The notes beneath the pieces were generated by a model. It made no database searches. It saw only the letters and a program-made list of their open reading frames with translations, and was not told where the DNA came from. A program made the position numbers and the translations under genes. A DNA stretch of 64,000 nucleotides from positions 288,001-352,000 of the forward strand of contig OY843584.1 in the NCBI GenBank assembly GCA_963692915.1, given 5' to 3'. Shown in pieces: positions 38,940 to 48,884 of this stretch. Position 1 is the first letter of the stretch, and the number at the start of each line of letters is the position of its first letter. The stretch comes from Cenarchaeum sp. (GTDB lineage Archaea > Thermoproteota > Nitrososphaeria > Nitrososphaerales > Nitrosopumilaceae).

Positions 38940-39029
38940 TGGGCCGAGTGAGATTCGAACTCACGACCTTTCGATCTCCGAATTCGGCTTTATCAGTCGA
39001 ACGCTCCAGCCAAGCTGAGCTACCGGCCC
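38940..39029 (-). tRNA. tRNA-Ile(GAT) with canonical intron
   Basis: GGGCCGG/TCGGCCC acceptor, TTCGA-CTGATAA-[~15 nt]-TCGAA, GTTCGAATC. Confidence 0.92.
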
Positions 39030-39062
39030 TGCACGCCGGCGCGCGGATGGCATGATTTAAGT

Positions 39063-39617
39063 CTAGTTTTGGCGCCACTTTATTGAGCAGCCTATTGATG
39101 GCTCAAAGTCGCGCTCTATGGGCTTGCCCTCTAGCATTGTGCCAATGTTGGCGATCATCGTCTTTTCAGTCGCCTTGTCCTCTGGTTTCATCGCGTTGTC
39201 GATTCGGCCGTGAAAAACGAGCCTCATCTGCGAGTCAAAGAGGAACGGATCTGGAGTGCACGTCGCGCCGTACTTGCGCGCCACCTCCTGCGTCTCATCA
39301 ACTAGGTAGTCAAAAGCGATTCCGCGCTCGGCGGCCATGGCGACCATCGCCTCATAGCTGTCATCAGGATATGCCACCGCATCGTTGCTGTTTATGCCCA
39401 CGATGGCGACACGCTCGCCGTACCTCGAGTGAACCTCCTTTATCGCCTCGACCTTTGCCTTTACGTAGGGGCAGTGGTTGCACATGAACACGACTAGAAG
39501 GCCGCCACACTGGCCATAGTCGGTTAGCGTGTGCGTCTTGCCGTCAGTGCCCTTTAGCGCAAAGTCCGGGGCCGCATCGCCTGTCTTGAGTGACCTCTGT
39601 GACTCTAGGAGAACCAT
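39063..39617 (-). CDS. AhpC/TSA-type thioredoxin-family protein
   Basis: APDFAL, FMCNHCPYV, GINSND, ATCTPD, SIGCSIKW. Confidence 0.92.
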   Translation of the reverse strand: MVLLESQRSLKTGDAAPDFALKGTDGKTHTLTDYGQCGGLLVVFMCNHCPYVKAKVEAIKEVHSRYGERVAIVGINSNDAVAYPDDSYEAMVAMAAERGIAFDYLVDETQEVARKYGATCTPDPFLFDSQMRLVFHGRIDNAMKPEDKATEKTMIANIGTMLEGKPIERDFEPSIGCSIKWRQN

Positions 39618-39991
39618 GGGACGCTGCGGGCAGGATTGGCAATAAAACCCTTGGGCTCGTGGACTGCGCATGGTGACTGAACTCGGGCTGCGCGCGCCTC
39701 CTCGAGCCATGCCGGCACGCCAGTTATGGGTATGGGATGGAGCCCCGTGCAAGCGTGACACCTGCTAGGGTGCGATCATGCCCATCTGGCCAAAATGGCC
39801 TGGACTCTTGACCCCGTGCGTGCGACGGTATGGGGTCAGCACCTCCGTTCGTCCATGCCTGGGCAGGTGCCGCAACGGCAAGTGGATCGGCAGGATCACG
39901 CCTATTTGACCAAATGAGGAGTGGGGTGCTGACCACGTGCGTGCGACGGCCTGAAAGGCATAATAGCGCCGATTGCGGGGCGCCTGCCGTA

Positions 39992-40065
39992 GGGCTGATA
40001 GTATAGCCTGGTAGTATACCTGCCTTGCACGCAGGGGGTCGGGGGTTCAAATCCCCCTCAGTCCA
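39992..40065 (+). tRNA. tRNA-Ala(TGC)
   Basis: GGGCTGA/TCAGTCC acceptor with G3-U70, CCTGC-CTTGCAC-GCAGG, GGTTCAAATCC. Confidence 0.95.
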
Positions 40066-40325
40066 CCTCCAATATGGCAACTCCTAGAGTGGCGTGCGCA
40101 TGACTTTTCTGCGATCACACGGTGGACTTAAATAACCTGCATCTGTCGTCTTGCTGTATGGCAAGCCCAGCAGAAGGTTGGCCCGTCTGGATCCCCCTCA
40201 TAGTAGGTTTGGCTCCTGGTCTCGTGTACTGGTTCGTGATAACCGGTATGCGTAGGCGCAGATAGCCAGGACAGGGAAACCACGTGCTCATAGAGTGGAA
40301 GATGGCAATTTTGCGCCCTAGAGGG

Positions 40326-41405
40326 ATGCACTCCATCGTACGTAGCGCAGGGCTCATCGCAGTCGTATTGACAGTCCTCGTCTCGGCCGTTGGGCTCGCT
40401 GATCGTGCCGACGCGCAGAACGTTGACACTGACCCGACGCTTGGGATAGAGCTGACAAGCACGCAGCCGACGCACTATGTGGATGCCGATGGCCACACGG
40501 TCATAGTCGGCGAGGTCGCAAACCTAACGGACTTTCCGGTGACTGACGTGCGCGTCTGGGCGGGGTTTTACGCCGACGGCCTGGCAACACCACTAGAGTC
40601 ACACATTGGGAGCACGCTACTCGACGTGATCACCCCGCGCGGGACATCGCCGTATGTCATACGATCCCCGTCACCAGACCTTGATGTCATCGGCGTCTCG
40701 GTCAACCTCCTCGGGTTTACGTCATCCTCAGCCAAGCCTCAGAATCTTGCGGTCAGCGATCCTGATGTCTCGGTTGCGGGACGTCTTGACGTGCACGGCA
40801 CGATAGAGTACGTCGGTGACGGCGGCTCGCTGACGAACCCCTTTGTCTATGCGCTCGTCTATGACTCGTTTGTGCCCCCACGTCTCCTTGGAGTCCATGA
40901 CACCGAGCTGGTGCTCATGGGGACCGGCGATTCGTTTGACTATGATTTCTCGCTCGAGTATGGCGAGGAGGCTGCGCTCGTGCGAGTCATAGCCAAATCG
41001 GATAACTATGCGTCCAATGTGGCCGAGACTAGTGTGGTGCGCGCACCAACATCGCCGCTCTCGATCAGCACCATTGCAGCAGTCGACAGCACCGGCACGC
41101 CGGTCTCGACGCTTCGCGAGGGCGCCGCATCATACATCCGGAGCGCAATCTCTGGCAGCGGCGCGGGAGGTACAGAGTACGAGTACATTGTGCAGGTGAC
41201 TCGCTTTGGCCACCTGCCCGTCGTCGAGTTCGTCGGCTCGACTAGCGGCGTGATCACGGCGGCCGGCCTTGCGCAGCCGCTAGTGGAGTGGATACCGGCA
41301 TCAGACGGGCTCTTTTACATCGAGACGTACCTGTGGAGCGCCTCGGATGTCCCCCTTGCGCCACCCGGCCCGCTCACGCTAGTCAACGTCGAGCCACGAC
41401 TGTGA
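40326..41405 (+). CDS. Secreted Ig-like (FxLYD-like) protein
   Basis: Signal peptide; IVGEVAN...GFYAD; beta-rich. Confidence 0.75.
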   Translation: MHSIVRSAGLIAVVLTVLVSAVGLADRADAQNVDTDPTLGIELTSTQPTHYVDADGHTVIVGEVANLTDFPVTDVRVWAGFYADGLATPLESHIGSTLLDVITPRGTSPYVIRSPSPDLDVIGVSVNLLGFTSSSAKPQNLAVSDPDVSVAGRLDVHGTIEYVGDGGSLTNPFVYALVYDSFVPPRLLGVHDTELVLMGTGDSFDYDFSLEYGEEAALVRVIAKSDNYASNVAETSVVRAPTSPLSISTIAAVDSTGTPVSTLREGAASYIRSAISGSGAGGTEYEYIVQVTRFGHLPVVEFVGSTSGVITAAGLAQPLVEWIPASDGLFYIETYLWSASDVPLAPPGPLTLVNVEPRL

Positions 41406-41413
41406 GCGTGGCG

Positions 41414-41878
41414 ATGCCCGAGTTCCGCACAGCCGCTGTGGGGGGAACGTTTGACACGATTCACAAGGGACACGCCGAGCTCATCGCAGCAGCGTTCGAT
41501 GCGGCCGACGAGGTCATCGTGGGCCTGACGAGTGACAAGTTTGCCGCAGCGTGCGGCAAGGCGCCACACAACGCGTATGGCGCACGTCTCGCGGCTCTCT
41601 GTGCGCACATTGGAGCCAGGTTTGGCGCACGCCGGCACGAGGTGCGCATGCTCGAGGCCGACTATGGCCCGGCAGCATACGAGGCGCGTGTTGATGTCCT
41701 AGTGGTCAGCGACGAGACTGTCCACAAGGCAAGGCGCCTGAATGAGGAACGCAAGGCGATGGGCATTGATCCCGTGGGCGTCATTGCAGTACCCATGAAG
41801 ATGGCCGATGACGGGAAGCGCCTCTCGAGCACGAGAATACGCAACGGCGAGATAGACGCCGACGGGCACGTGCTCTAA
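41414..41878 (+). CDS. coaD: Phosphopantetheine adenylyltransferase (archaeal type)
   Basis: GGTFDTIHKGH, VSDET, LSSTRIRNGEID. Confidence 0.92.
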   Translation: MPEFRTAAVGGTFDTIHKGHAELIAAAFDAADEVIVGLTSDKFAAACGKAPHNAYGARLAALCAHIGARFGARRHEVRMLEADYGPAAYEARVDVLVVSDETVHKARRLNEERKAMGIDPVGVIAVPMKMADDGKRLSSTRIRNGEIDADGHVL

Positions 41879-41944
41879 ATTGACCCAAAGGCACGTTTGA
41901 TTCGAGCCCGCCCCGTATATCGCTACGCCGCAACGCGCGAGTCG

Positions 41945-42274
41945 ATGCCAGTGTTCGACTCAATGCTACAGAGGATAGGCGCTGACGTGAGGGATCTGCA
42001 GGACGGCCTCGACCCGCAGACGCTTGCATTCTGGTATCACAAGATAATACGTGACGCGCGTGAGATGGCTCCACCGTGGCTAGTAGACAAGATAAACGTC
42101 CGGCAGGACGCAATCCTCACTATGAAGTTCAGGCTTGACGTCTCGCGCCGCGCGATCCGTCACGTGATGGCGGCCATCGAGGCGAACCTCGATGCCATGC
42201 CATACTCGACGCGACTCTACTTTTTGAAGGTTCAGGAGTCCATCGAGTCCGAGACAGACAGGTCGCTCGTCTAG
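41945..42274 (+). CDS. Conserved hypothetical protein
   Basis: MAPPWL...MPYSTRLYFLKVQE. Confidence 0.75.
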   Translation: MPVFDSMLQRIGADVRDLQDGLDPQTLAFWYHKIIRDAREMAPPWLVDKINVRQDAILTMKFRLDVSRRAIRHVMAAIEANLDAMPYSTRLYFLKVQESIESETDRSLV

Positions 42275-42552
42275 CGCTTCTCGAGCGTGACGTACTCGTC
42301 AGATGCCCTGGCCGCTACCATCTCATGCGTGCCATCATGGATGGACTGGACAAAGTCGGCCAGGACTGCGGCGTTTTTGGTATCGTGCAAAATGACGCTG
42401 TGGGCCGACGAGTCGCGTAGGGCCACCACACACTCCTCGCCTATGACATCGAGTATCTCGGTGAGCTGCGCGGTTCCGCCATCCTCGGCGTACGCAATGC
42501 CGGCGAGCTTTTGCGCCTCATACGCGTCGCGGCAACGCACAGTCTCCCTCAA
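42271..42552 (-). CDS. Hypothetical protein downstream of trpS
   Basis: 4 nt overlaps with both neighbours. Confidence 0.65.
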   Translation of the reverse strand: MRETVRCRDAYEAQKLAGIAYAEDGGTAQLTEILDVIGEECVVALRDSSAHSVILHDTKNAAVLADFVQSIHDGTHEMVAARASDEYVTLEKR

Positions 42553-43658
42553 GGCTCTAGGAGGTAGCCGTCAAGGCGGCCGCGCGCCTCCTCGCGCCGT
42601 GCCTGGTGCTCGCTAAGGTACTCGACTGCGCGCTCGACAAGTATTGCCTTAAGCTCACCGGTGAGCATGTCGCCTGAGGAGTACGCCCCATATATCTCGG
42701 CGAGCCTCGAGTCGTCTGGCTCAAAGAACATCCGCAGATACTGGTATGACACGTCAATGTCCGGATTGCCTCCTAGACGTCTGTGTTCGGTAACATCGGA
42801 CTGCCCGCCTGAAAAGGCGTACTTGTTGATCTTTTTCTTGATTGCCTCTGGCGTATCTGTCGTGAATATGGCCGAGTTGGGATCAGAGCTGCCCATCTTG
42901 CCGCCGGCTCCCTGGAGAGGGGGCATCATCATGTTGTGAATTAGAGCCGGCTTTGGGCGGCCTAGTAGGGGTGCCACGTCGCGCGTCAGCCTAAAGTGCG
43001 GATCCTGGTCAACACCGAGCGGGATTAGCACCGGCGCATCCTCGATATAGCACATTGCCGACTGGATTGAGGTATAGAATATCATTCCAATGTTCGTCTC
43101 ACCGCTAAACCCGAATGTTGCCTTTGTGTTTGAAAAGTTTATGCGTTTTGCTATCTGCGCTGCCATGGGGTAGAGGCGGTGTATGTCCCTCGTGTCGATC
43201 ACGACCCTTGTCTTTTCTGGGTCAAACCCGAGGGCTACAAAGTCGAGTGCGTTCTCGCGCGCTAGACCGGCAGTGTCCTCTAGCGTGAGCTCTTTTTTTG
43301 CAAAAAACTTTTCGTCATCTGTGATCTGAAAGTAGACCATTGTGCCAAACCTGTCCTGCAGCCATTTTGCAAATACCCATGGGATTAGGTGCCCAATGTG
43401 GGTTGAGCCGGACGGCCCTCTCCCCGTGTACACAAAGAACGGCTTGCCTGCGGCATGCGCGTCAAGTATGCTCCCCATGTCGCGATGGGAGAAAAAGACC
43501 CCACGCCTCAGCATAAAGTGGCTCTCGCCGGCGGCCTCCTCTATCCGCTTGAGCATGGGCGCACCTATCCTCTGAGTTCCAAAGCGCTTGATGAGCTTTT
43601 CATAGTCTATCGAACCCTCGACCCTCCAGGGCGTGACAACAAAGTCCTCGCCGGGCAT
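42549..43658 (-). CDS. trpS: Tryptophanyl-tRNA synthetase
   Basis: VTPW, YTGRGPS, HIGH, DQDPHFR, KMGSS. Confidence 0.97.
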   Translation of the reverse strand: MPGEDFVVTPWRVEGSIDYEKLIKRFGTQRIGAPMLKRIEEAAGESHFMLRRGVFFSHRDMGSILDAHAAGKPFFVYTGRGPSGSTHIGHLIPWVFAKWLQDRFGTMVYFQITDDEKFFAKKELTLEDTAGLARENALDFVALGFDPEKTRVVIDTRDIHRLYPMAAQIAKRINFSNTKATFGFSGETNIGMIFYTSIQSAMCYIEDAPVLIPLGVDQDPHFRLTRDVAPLLGRPKPALIHNMMMPPLQGAGGKMGSSDPNSAIFTTDTPEAIKKKINKYAFSGGQSDVTEHRRLGGNPDIDVSYQYLRMFFEPDDSRLAEIYGAYSSGDMLTGELKAILVERAVEYLSEHQARREEARGRLDGYLLEP

Positions 43659-43711
43659 TGGCACGCATGAACTGTGAAGGTTTAAAAAGTCTTTTTGGGT
43701 TTTTGGTGCCG

Positions 43712-45112
43712 ATGCGGCCTGTCCTGCATGATATCGAGATAAAGATCGTTGACGCGCTCCGGCGCGCGATGCCGACCCCGCTTGATGAGGCGACCCTTGC
43801 GCACGAAACGGGCCTTGGCGCGGATCAGGTTCGACGCGGAACCGAGTGGCTGCGCCACAAGGAACTCGCCGAGGTCAGCGAGAGTGTCACGAGGAGAGTC
43901 AGCCTCGGGCCTGCCGGCGCCATCGCCGCCAAGCGCGGCCTGCCCGAGAGGCGCCTGACAGAGATGCTCCTTGATGGGCCAAAGACCATGGCAGATGCGC
44001 AGTCCGAGCTAGGCTCGGACTTTGGACCGGCGATGGGCGCGGCCAAGGCACTTGGGTGGATCAGCACACGCGAACGTGATCTCGTCCTGTCCGGTGACAA
44101 GCCTCCGGACGAGGCGCCCGAAGAGTCGATCATACGCGCAGTCTCGGTGAGCGGCGGCGTTGATGAGGACGCGATTTCCAAGGATGGCGCACTCGCCTCG
44201 CTCCTGCGCAGGCCTGATATGCTGTCAGTCTCTGAGACCACGGTGCGCAGCGTCTCGCTCACGCGCAAAGGCCTTGATGCTGATCCGGCCTCGGCGCCTG
44301 GCCAGATAGACGTCGAGGCTGACGCGCCGACGGTCTATCCGGCGCGGACTCACCCACTCAAGGACACGATCGACGAGGTTCGCGAGACATTCGTCACGCT
44401 CGGCTTCGCCGAGGTCTCCGGCGCGCTCTGCCAGCCGGGATTCTGGAACTTTGATGCGCTCTTTACTCCACAGGACCATCCGGCGCGCGAGATGCACGAC
44501 ACGTTCTATCTTGATGGCCTTTCACACGTGCGCTTTGCGAGTGCGCGTGAGACCTCTGCGGTAGCCGCCGAGCACAAGAAGCACTGGGGCAATGGTTGGT
44601 CGTCTGCCGAGTCACGCCGTAGCGTACTGCGCACGCACACGACGTGCGTGACGCTTCGGCACCTTGCGGACTCCAAGCCCGACTCTGCGCGCGTCTTTTC
44701 ATTGGGTCGCGTGTTTCGCAACGAAAAGGTGAGCTACAAGCACCTCGTCGAGTTCAACCAGGTCGAAGGCGTCGTCGTTGGGCCTGACGTCACGCTACGT
44801 GGTCTCATGGGGATCCAGACCGAGTTTTACAGGCGCATGGGCATGGATAAGGTAAAGTTCTGGCCAACATTCTTTCCGTATACGGAGCCCTCGCTCCAGT
44901 CGATGGTCTACAGCGATGCGCTGGGCAAGTGGATAGAGCTCTTTGGCATGGGGATATTTCGCCCCGAGGTAACGCGCCCGTTGGGCATAAAGGGCCGTGT
45001 CCTCGCGTGGGGAGGGGGAATTGAGCGAATCGCGATGCTGAGGAGCGGGCTGTCTGACGTGCGCGAGCTGTATGCCAACAGGCTTGCGTGGCTGCGCGGG
45101 GGAGAGTCCTAG
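43712..45112 (+). CDS. pheS: Phenylalanyl-tRNA synthetase alpha subunit
   Basis: FWNFDALF, HPAREMHDTF, RTHTT, FFPYTEPS, GIFRPE. Confidence 0.97.
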   Translation: MRPVLHDIEIKIVDALRRAMPTPLDEATLAHETGLGADQVRRGTEWLRHKELAEVSESVTRRVSLGPAGAIAAKRGLPERRLTEMLLDGPKTMADAQSELGSDFGPAMGAAKALGWISTRERDLVLSGDKPPDEAPEESIIRAVSVSGGVDEDAISKDGALASLLRRPDMLSVSETTVRSVSLTRKGLDADPASAPGQIDVEADAPTVYPARTHPLKDTIDEVRETFVTLGFAEVSGALCQPGFWNFDALFTPQDHPAREMHDTFYLDGLSHVRFASARETSAVAAEHKKHWGNGWSSAESRRSVLRTHTTCVTLRHLADSKPDSARVFSLGRVFRNEKVSYKHLVEFNQVEGVVVGPDVTLRGLMGIQTEFYRRMGMDKVKFWPTFFPYTEPSLQSMVYSDALGKWIELFGMGIFRPEVTRPLGIKGRVLAWGGGIERIAMLRSGLSDVRELYANRLAWLRGGES

Positions 45113-46828
45113 TTGCCCGTAGTGGAGCTCGAGATATCGCGACTTGCGCGCCTCTCGCGCATACACCGTGATGCGATCCTCGATGCGCTCCCGTACCTTG
45201 GCCTTGACATCGAGTCAGTCGACTCGCGCACAATCAGGGCAGAGTACAGCCCAAACCGGCCTGACTATGCGACCGAATACGGGATTGCGCAGGGACTGCG
45301 CGGAATGCACAGCAGCGAGGTCGGCTCGCCGAGAATGGAGATACACAGACGTGGCGCGTACGCGCTGCGTGCCACGCCGCGCGCACCACGCAAGAGGCCG
45401 GCAGTCACTGCGATAGCCGCGCGCGGGGATCGCCTCGGCGAGCGTGGCGTGAAGCAGCTCATATCGATGCAGGAGGATCTTCACGACGGAATCGGTCGCC
45501 ACCGTCGAATCTCGTCGATCGGCCTGCACAACCTTGATGCAATGCGGTTCCCGCTAGAGTATACGGTGATGCGGCGCGACGCGAGGATGGTTCCACTGGG
45601 ATCCAAAACAGAGCTTACGCTAGAGGGGATCCTCGGGGAGACTGACGTTGGCCGCGAGTACGGCTCTCTACTGGAGACGACGACGCGAATGCCGGCAATC
45701 CTTGACGCACGCGGCGAGATTGTGTCGCTTCCGCCAATCATAAACTCGGCGCGCACAGCCATATCAGCTGACACACGCGGTGTCTTCGCCGAGGTCACCG
45801 GAGTGGACAGGCGCTCAGTGGAGGATGCGCTCTCCATAGTGGCCACGACGCTCTCGGCGGCCGGCTTTGAGCTCCATGAGGTCAGGATAACAGGCGGCCG
45901 CAACTCTACGCCACGCCTCGAGCCCCGCAAGATGTCCCTTGATGCCGGACTCGTGGGCAGCATGATCGGCGTGGAGATGTCGGCCACCGAGGTCGCCAAG
46001 TGCATCCGCAAGAGCCGCATGGACGCCACGGCGTCCGGAAAGCGCGTCACGTGCATGGTTCCGCGCTACCGCTTTGACATACTCGGCGAGATGGATCTCG
46101 TCGAGGAGGCCGTTCTCGGGTATGGTATTGATGCGATCGAGCCGCTACTGCCGCCGCAGGCGTCTGCGGGCTCGGCCTCGTCCGAGTCAGTGCGCCTTGG
46201 TGCAGTCTCGGCATGCATGGTGGGTCTTGGATACACCGAGACGCTCAGCTCCGGCCTCGTCGGCGAGGACGTCCACGGCCTCTCTGATTCAGACGAGTCC
46301 TCGATGATCCGCGTGGCAGCTCCAAAGAGCCGCGCCCACACGATACTGCGAGACTCGCTCATGCCCGGACTCCTCGCCGTGCTCTCACGCAACGTGCACG
46401 AGGCGTATCCGCAGCGCCTCTTTGAGACCGGCACGACGTTTGCGCGCGGTGAGCCAGTCATCGAGCACACGGCGATCGCCGGAGTGACGGCTCATGCGGG
46501 TGCGGGATTTACGGAGGCAAAGTCTGTGGCCTCTGCAGTCATGCGCCTCCTCGGCAGGCAGATGACCACGAGCGCAGCGCCGCACGCGACATACGCCAAA
46601 GGCCACTCGGCAGATATCGTCGTTGATGGGATGCGCGTGGGCACCATTGGAGACGTGCGCACCGATGCGCTAGAGCGCTTGCGCATACGCGAGGACGTTG
46701 CGGCCTTTGAGATAGACTTGGGTGCATTCCCCGCCGCATCAGGGAGCCAAAAGCGCCAATACCGGCGCCGCAAGACTGCTAGTGCCAAGCGGCCGGCGCG
46801 GAGCGCAAAGTCCAAGACAGTTCAATAG
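45113..46828 (+). CDS. pheT: Phenylalanyl-tRNA synthetase beta subunit
   Basis: PNRPD, QEDLH, SLPPIINS, RFDI...DLVEE, YPQRLFE. Confidence 0.95.
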   Translation: MPVVELEISRLARLSRIHRDAILDALPYLGLDIESVDSRTIRAEYSPNRPDYATEYGIAQGLRGMHSSEVGSPRMEIHRRGAYALRATPRAPRKRPAVTAIAARGDRLGERGVKQLISMQEDLHDGIGRHRRISSIGLHNLDAMRFPLEYTVMRRDARMVPLGSKTELTLEGILGETDVGREYGSLLETTTRMPAILDARGEIVSLPPIINSARTAISADTRGVFAEVTGVDRRSVEDALSIVATTLSAAGFELHEVRITGGRNSTPRLEPRKMSLDAGLVGSMIGVEMSATEVAKCIRKSRMDATASGKRVTCMVPRYRFDILGEMDLVEEAVLGYGIDAIEPLLPPQASAGSASSESVRLGAVSACMVGLGYTETLSSGLVGEDVHGLSDSDESSMIRVAAPKSRAHTILRDSLMPGLLAVLSRNVHEAYPQRLFETGTTFARGEPVIEHTAIAGVTAHAGAGFTEAKSVASAVMRLLGRQMTTSAAPHATYAKGHSADIVVDGMRVGTIGDVRTDALERLRIREDVAAFEIDLGAFPAASGSQKRQYRRRKTASAKRPARSAKSKTVQ

Positions 46829-46939
46829 GGTTACCCTGCGCAGTCATGCGCCTCCGAGATCAACCATGCCTAGGGCGCGCGTGGTGTGGGGAGTGGCAGC
46901 TGAAGGGTTAATTATGCCCAGGGTTTCTGGCGTGCCACG

Positions 46940-47251
46940 ATGGCCGACGCGTATGACGAGCAAAAGGCACTTGATGCGCTCCTCGATCCCGTCACGTCAG
47001 GACTCGTCTCCTCCATGGAGGGTGGTACAAGAACACTGGCGCAGCTGTGCGAGTCCTCTGGCTTGGCCGCAGCGGACGTCACCGAAAGGCTGTCATACCT
47101 CTCCGAGCATGGACTGCTAGACAGAACCGGTGAGGGAGACACGGTCACCTATGCGGCCAACGCAAAAAAGATCGACGAGGTTATCTCTAGGTCGGGCCAC
47201 TTTGATGGTGCGATCGACATGGTCACGCAGATGGACTCGTTTCTCAACTAG
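46940..47251 (+). CDS. Small winged-helix protein
   Basis: ArsR-like spacing (RLSYLSEHGLL); TTAATT upstream. Confidence 0.7.
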   Translation: MADAYDEQKALDALLDPVTSGLVSSMEGGTRTLAQLCESSGLAAADVTERLSYLSEHGLLDRTGEGDTVTYAANAKKIDEVISRSGHFDGAIDMVTQMDSFLN

Positions 47252-47735
47252 CGCGAATGCGCCTTATGGCATATGCCCCAACAGAGGCCGCAAGGGCAAC
47301 CATGCCGGCGATTATGACGTACGAGCCGATGCTCGCATACACGAGAACCTCGTCGCCGGGCAAGTATCCTATTGCGGCAATAATCTCGGCATCAGCTGAG
47401 CCGGCATTTTTCACCTCGAGCTCGTACACGCCTGCTGCCGAGATGGCAAAGCGCTCCTCGACAGAGTCGGTGCCCGAGTGCCCTGCGCCGATCATGCTGC
47501 CTTCCGGTCTGGTGATGCGCACGTCTGCGTCTATGCTGCCACCGCCGACCTCACGCAGCGCATAGACGCCCTCAGGCGAGACGGCAGGGTCGAGCTCGGC
47601 TGCGACTGTGAGGGTCTCATCGGCCTCAAGCACGCCCGCACCAGTCTCTAGGCCGGCAGTGGCTGCCTGCGTTCCGGCATACGAGAGGGCCAGGCCGCCG
47701 AGCATGACTGCGCCAGAGATGGCAAAGAGTGCCAT
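47244..47735 (-). CDS. Two-TM membrane protein with beta-rich external domain
   Basis: N- and C-terminal hydrophobic helices; start uncertain. Confidence 0.7.
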   Translation of the reverse strand: MALFAISGAVMLGGLALSYAGTQAATAGLETGAGVLEADETLTVAAELDPAVSPEGVYALREVGGGSIDADVRITRPEGSMIGAGHSGTDSVEERFAISAAGVYELEVKNAGSADAEIIAAIGYLPGDEVLVYASIGSYVIIAGMVALAASVGAYAIRRIRAS

Positions 47736-47790
47736 GGGCCTCATGCGCGCACGCCTGCTGTGCCCCACAGTTAAGTCTTGGCGGGTTCCA

Positions 47791-47838
47791 AAAAGTTAGA
47801 CTAGGATAAAAAAGTTAGACTATACTAAATCTTTAATA
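47791..47838 (+). promoter_or_regulatory. Tandem DtxR/MntR-like operator boxes next to the TATA box of the MCO-ZIP operon
   Basis: AAAAGTTAGACTA twice; TTAGACTAGGATAA 47796-47809 and TTAGACTATACTAA 47815-47828; TTTAATA at 47832. Confidence 0.65.
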
Positions 47839-47864
47839 CGCTCCTCTCCTCCAGCCGTGCCAGG

Positions 47865-48884
47865 ATGGCAATCACGCGCTCGATGGCGATGGCGATTGGG
47901 ATCGCCGTAACGGCCCTCATGGGCGTGGCGCTCATGATCCCGCAGGCCGTGACCGAGCCTGAGGCGAGGGTCTTTGTGACGCACTCGGGCGCCGTGGTGA
48001 GGACGACCGGTGATGTCCTCGACCCCCTCTACACGTCCTCTGATGTCGAGTTTGACCCCATGGAGTACCTGCGCGAGTTCAACTATGGGGACATCTCGAC
48101 CATGGCAGACGGGCGCACGCTGCGCGAGTTCACCATAGTCGCCGAGGACGACAAAATCATGGAGATCTCGCCGGGAGTCTTTTACAACGTCTGGACGTAC
48201 AACGGGACAGTTCCCGGCCCGACGATCCGCGCCACAGAGGGCGATGTCGTGCGCATCAACTTTATCAACAACGGTGACAAGGAGCACACGATCCACTTTC
48301 ACGGGATACATCCGGCCGGCATGGACGGCGTCTTTGAGCCGGTCGGACGCAACGGCGGGACATTCACGTACGAGTTTGAGGCCGCCCCTGCCGGAGTCCA
48401 CCCCTACCACTGCCACATAATGCCGCTCGAGGAGCACATCATCCACGGGCTCTATGGCGCGTTCATTGTGGATCCAGTGTCGCCTAGGGCCGAGGCCGAC
48501 GAGATGGTCATGGTACTCAACGGGTTTGACACGGACTTTGACTCTGAAAACAACTTTTACGCCGCAAACACAGTTCCGTTCTACTATCAGCACCACCCAA
48601 TAGAGATAGGCCTGGGCGAGCTCATACGCGTCTATGTCCTCAACATGGTCGAGTTTGATCCCATAAACAACTTTCACCTGCATGGCAACATGTACGACTA
48701 TTATCCGACCGGAACGTACAGGGTTCCATCAATGTTCACGGACATGGTGACGCTCTCGCAGACAGAGCGCGGAATCATGGAGTTCACGTATGCCTATCCG
48801 GGCAAGTACATGTTCCACGCGCACAAGGTCGAGTTTTCAGAAAAGGGGTGGTCAGGCATATTCCTGGTCAGCGATGGCCAATAG
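47865..48884 (+). CDS. Two-domain multicopper oxidase
   Basis: HTIHFHG, YHCH...H..HGL, NFHLHG, MFHAH. Confidence 0.92.
   Translation: MAITRSMAMAIGIAVTALMGVALMIPQAVTEPEARVFVTHSGAVVRTTGDVLDPLYTSSDVEFDPMEYLREFNYGDISTMADGRTLREFTIVAEDDKIMEISPGVFYNVWTYNGTVPGPTIRATEGDVVRINFINNGDKEHTIHFHGIHPAGMDGVFEPVGRNGGTFTYEFEAAPAGVHPYHCHIMPLEEHIIHGLYGAFIVDPVSPRAEADEMVMVLNGFDTDFDSENNFYAANTVPFYYQHHPIEIGLGELIRVYVLNMVEFDPINNFHLHGNMYDYYPTGTYRVPSMFTDMVTLSQTERGIMEFTYAYPGKYMFHAHKVEFSEKGWSGIFLVSDGQ

Noticed and set aside
39660-39960. SRP or RNase P RNA
   Set aside because: The conserved SRP helix-8 and RNase P P4 signatures were not found on either strand.
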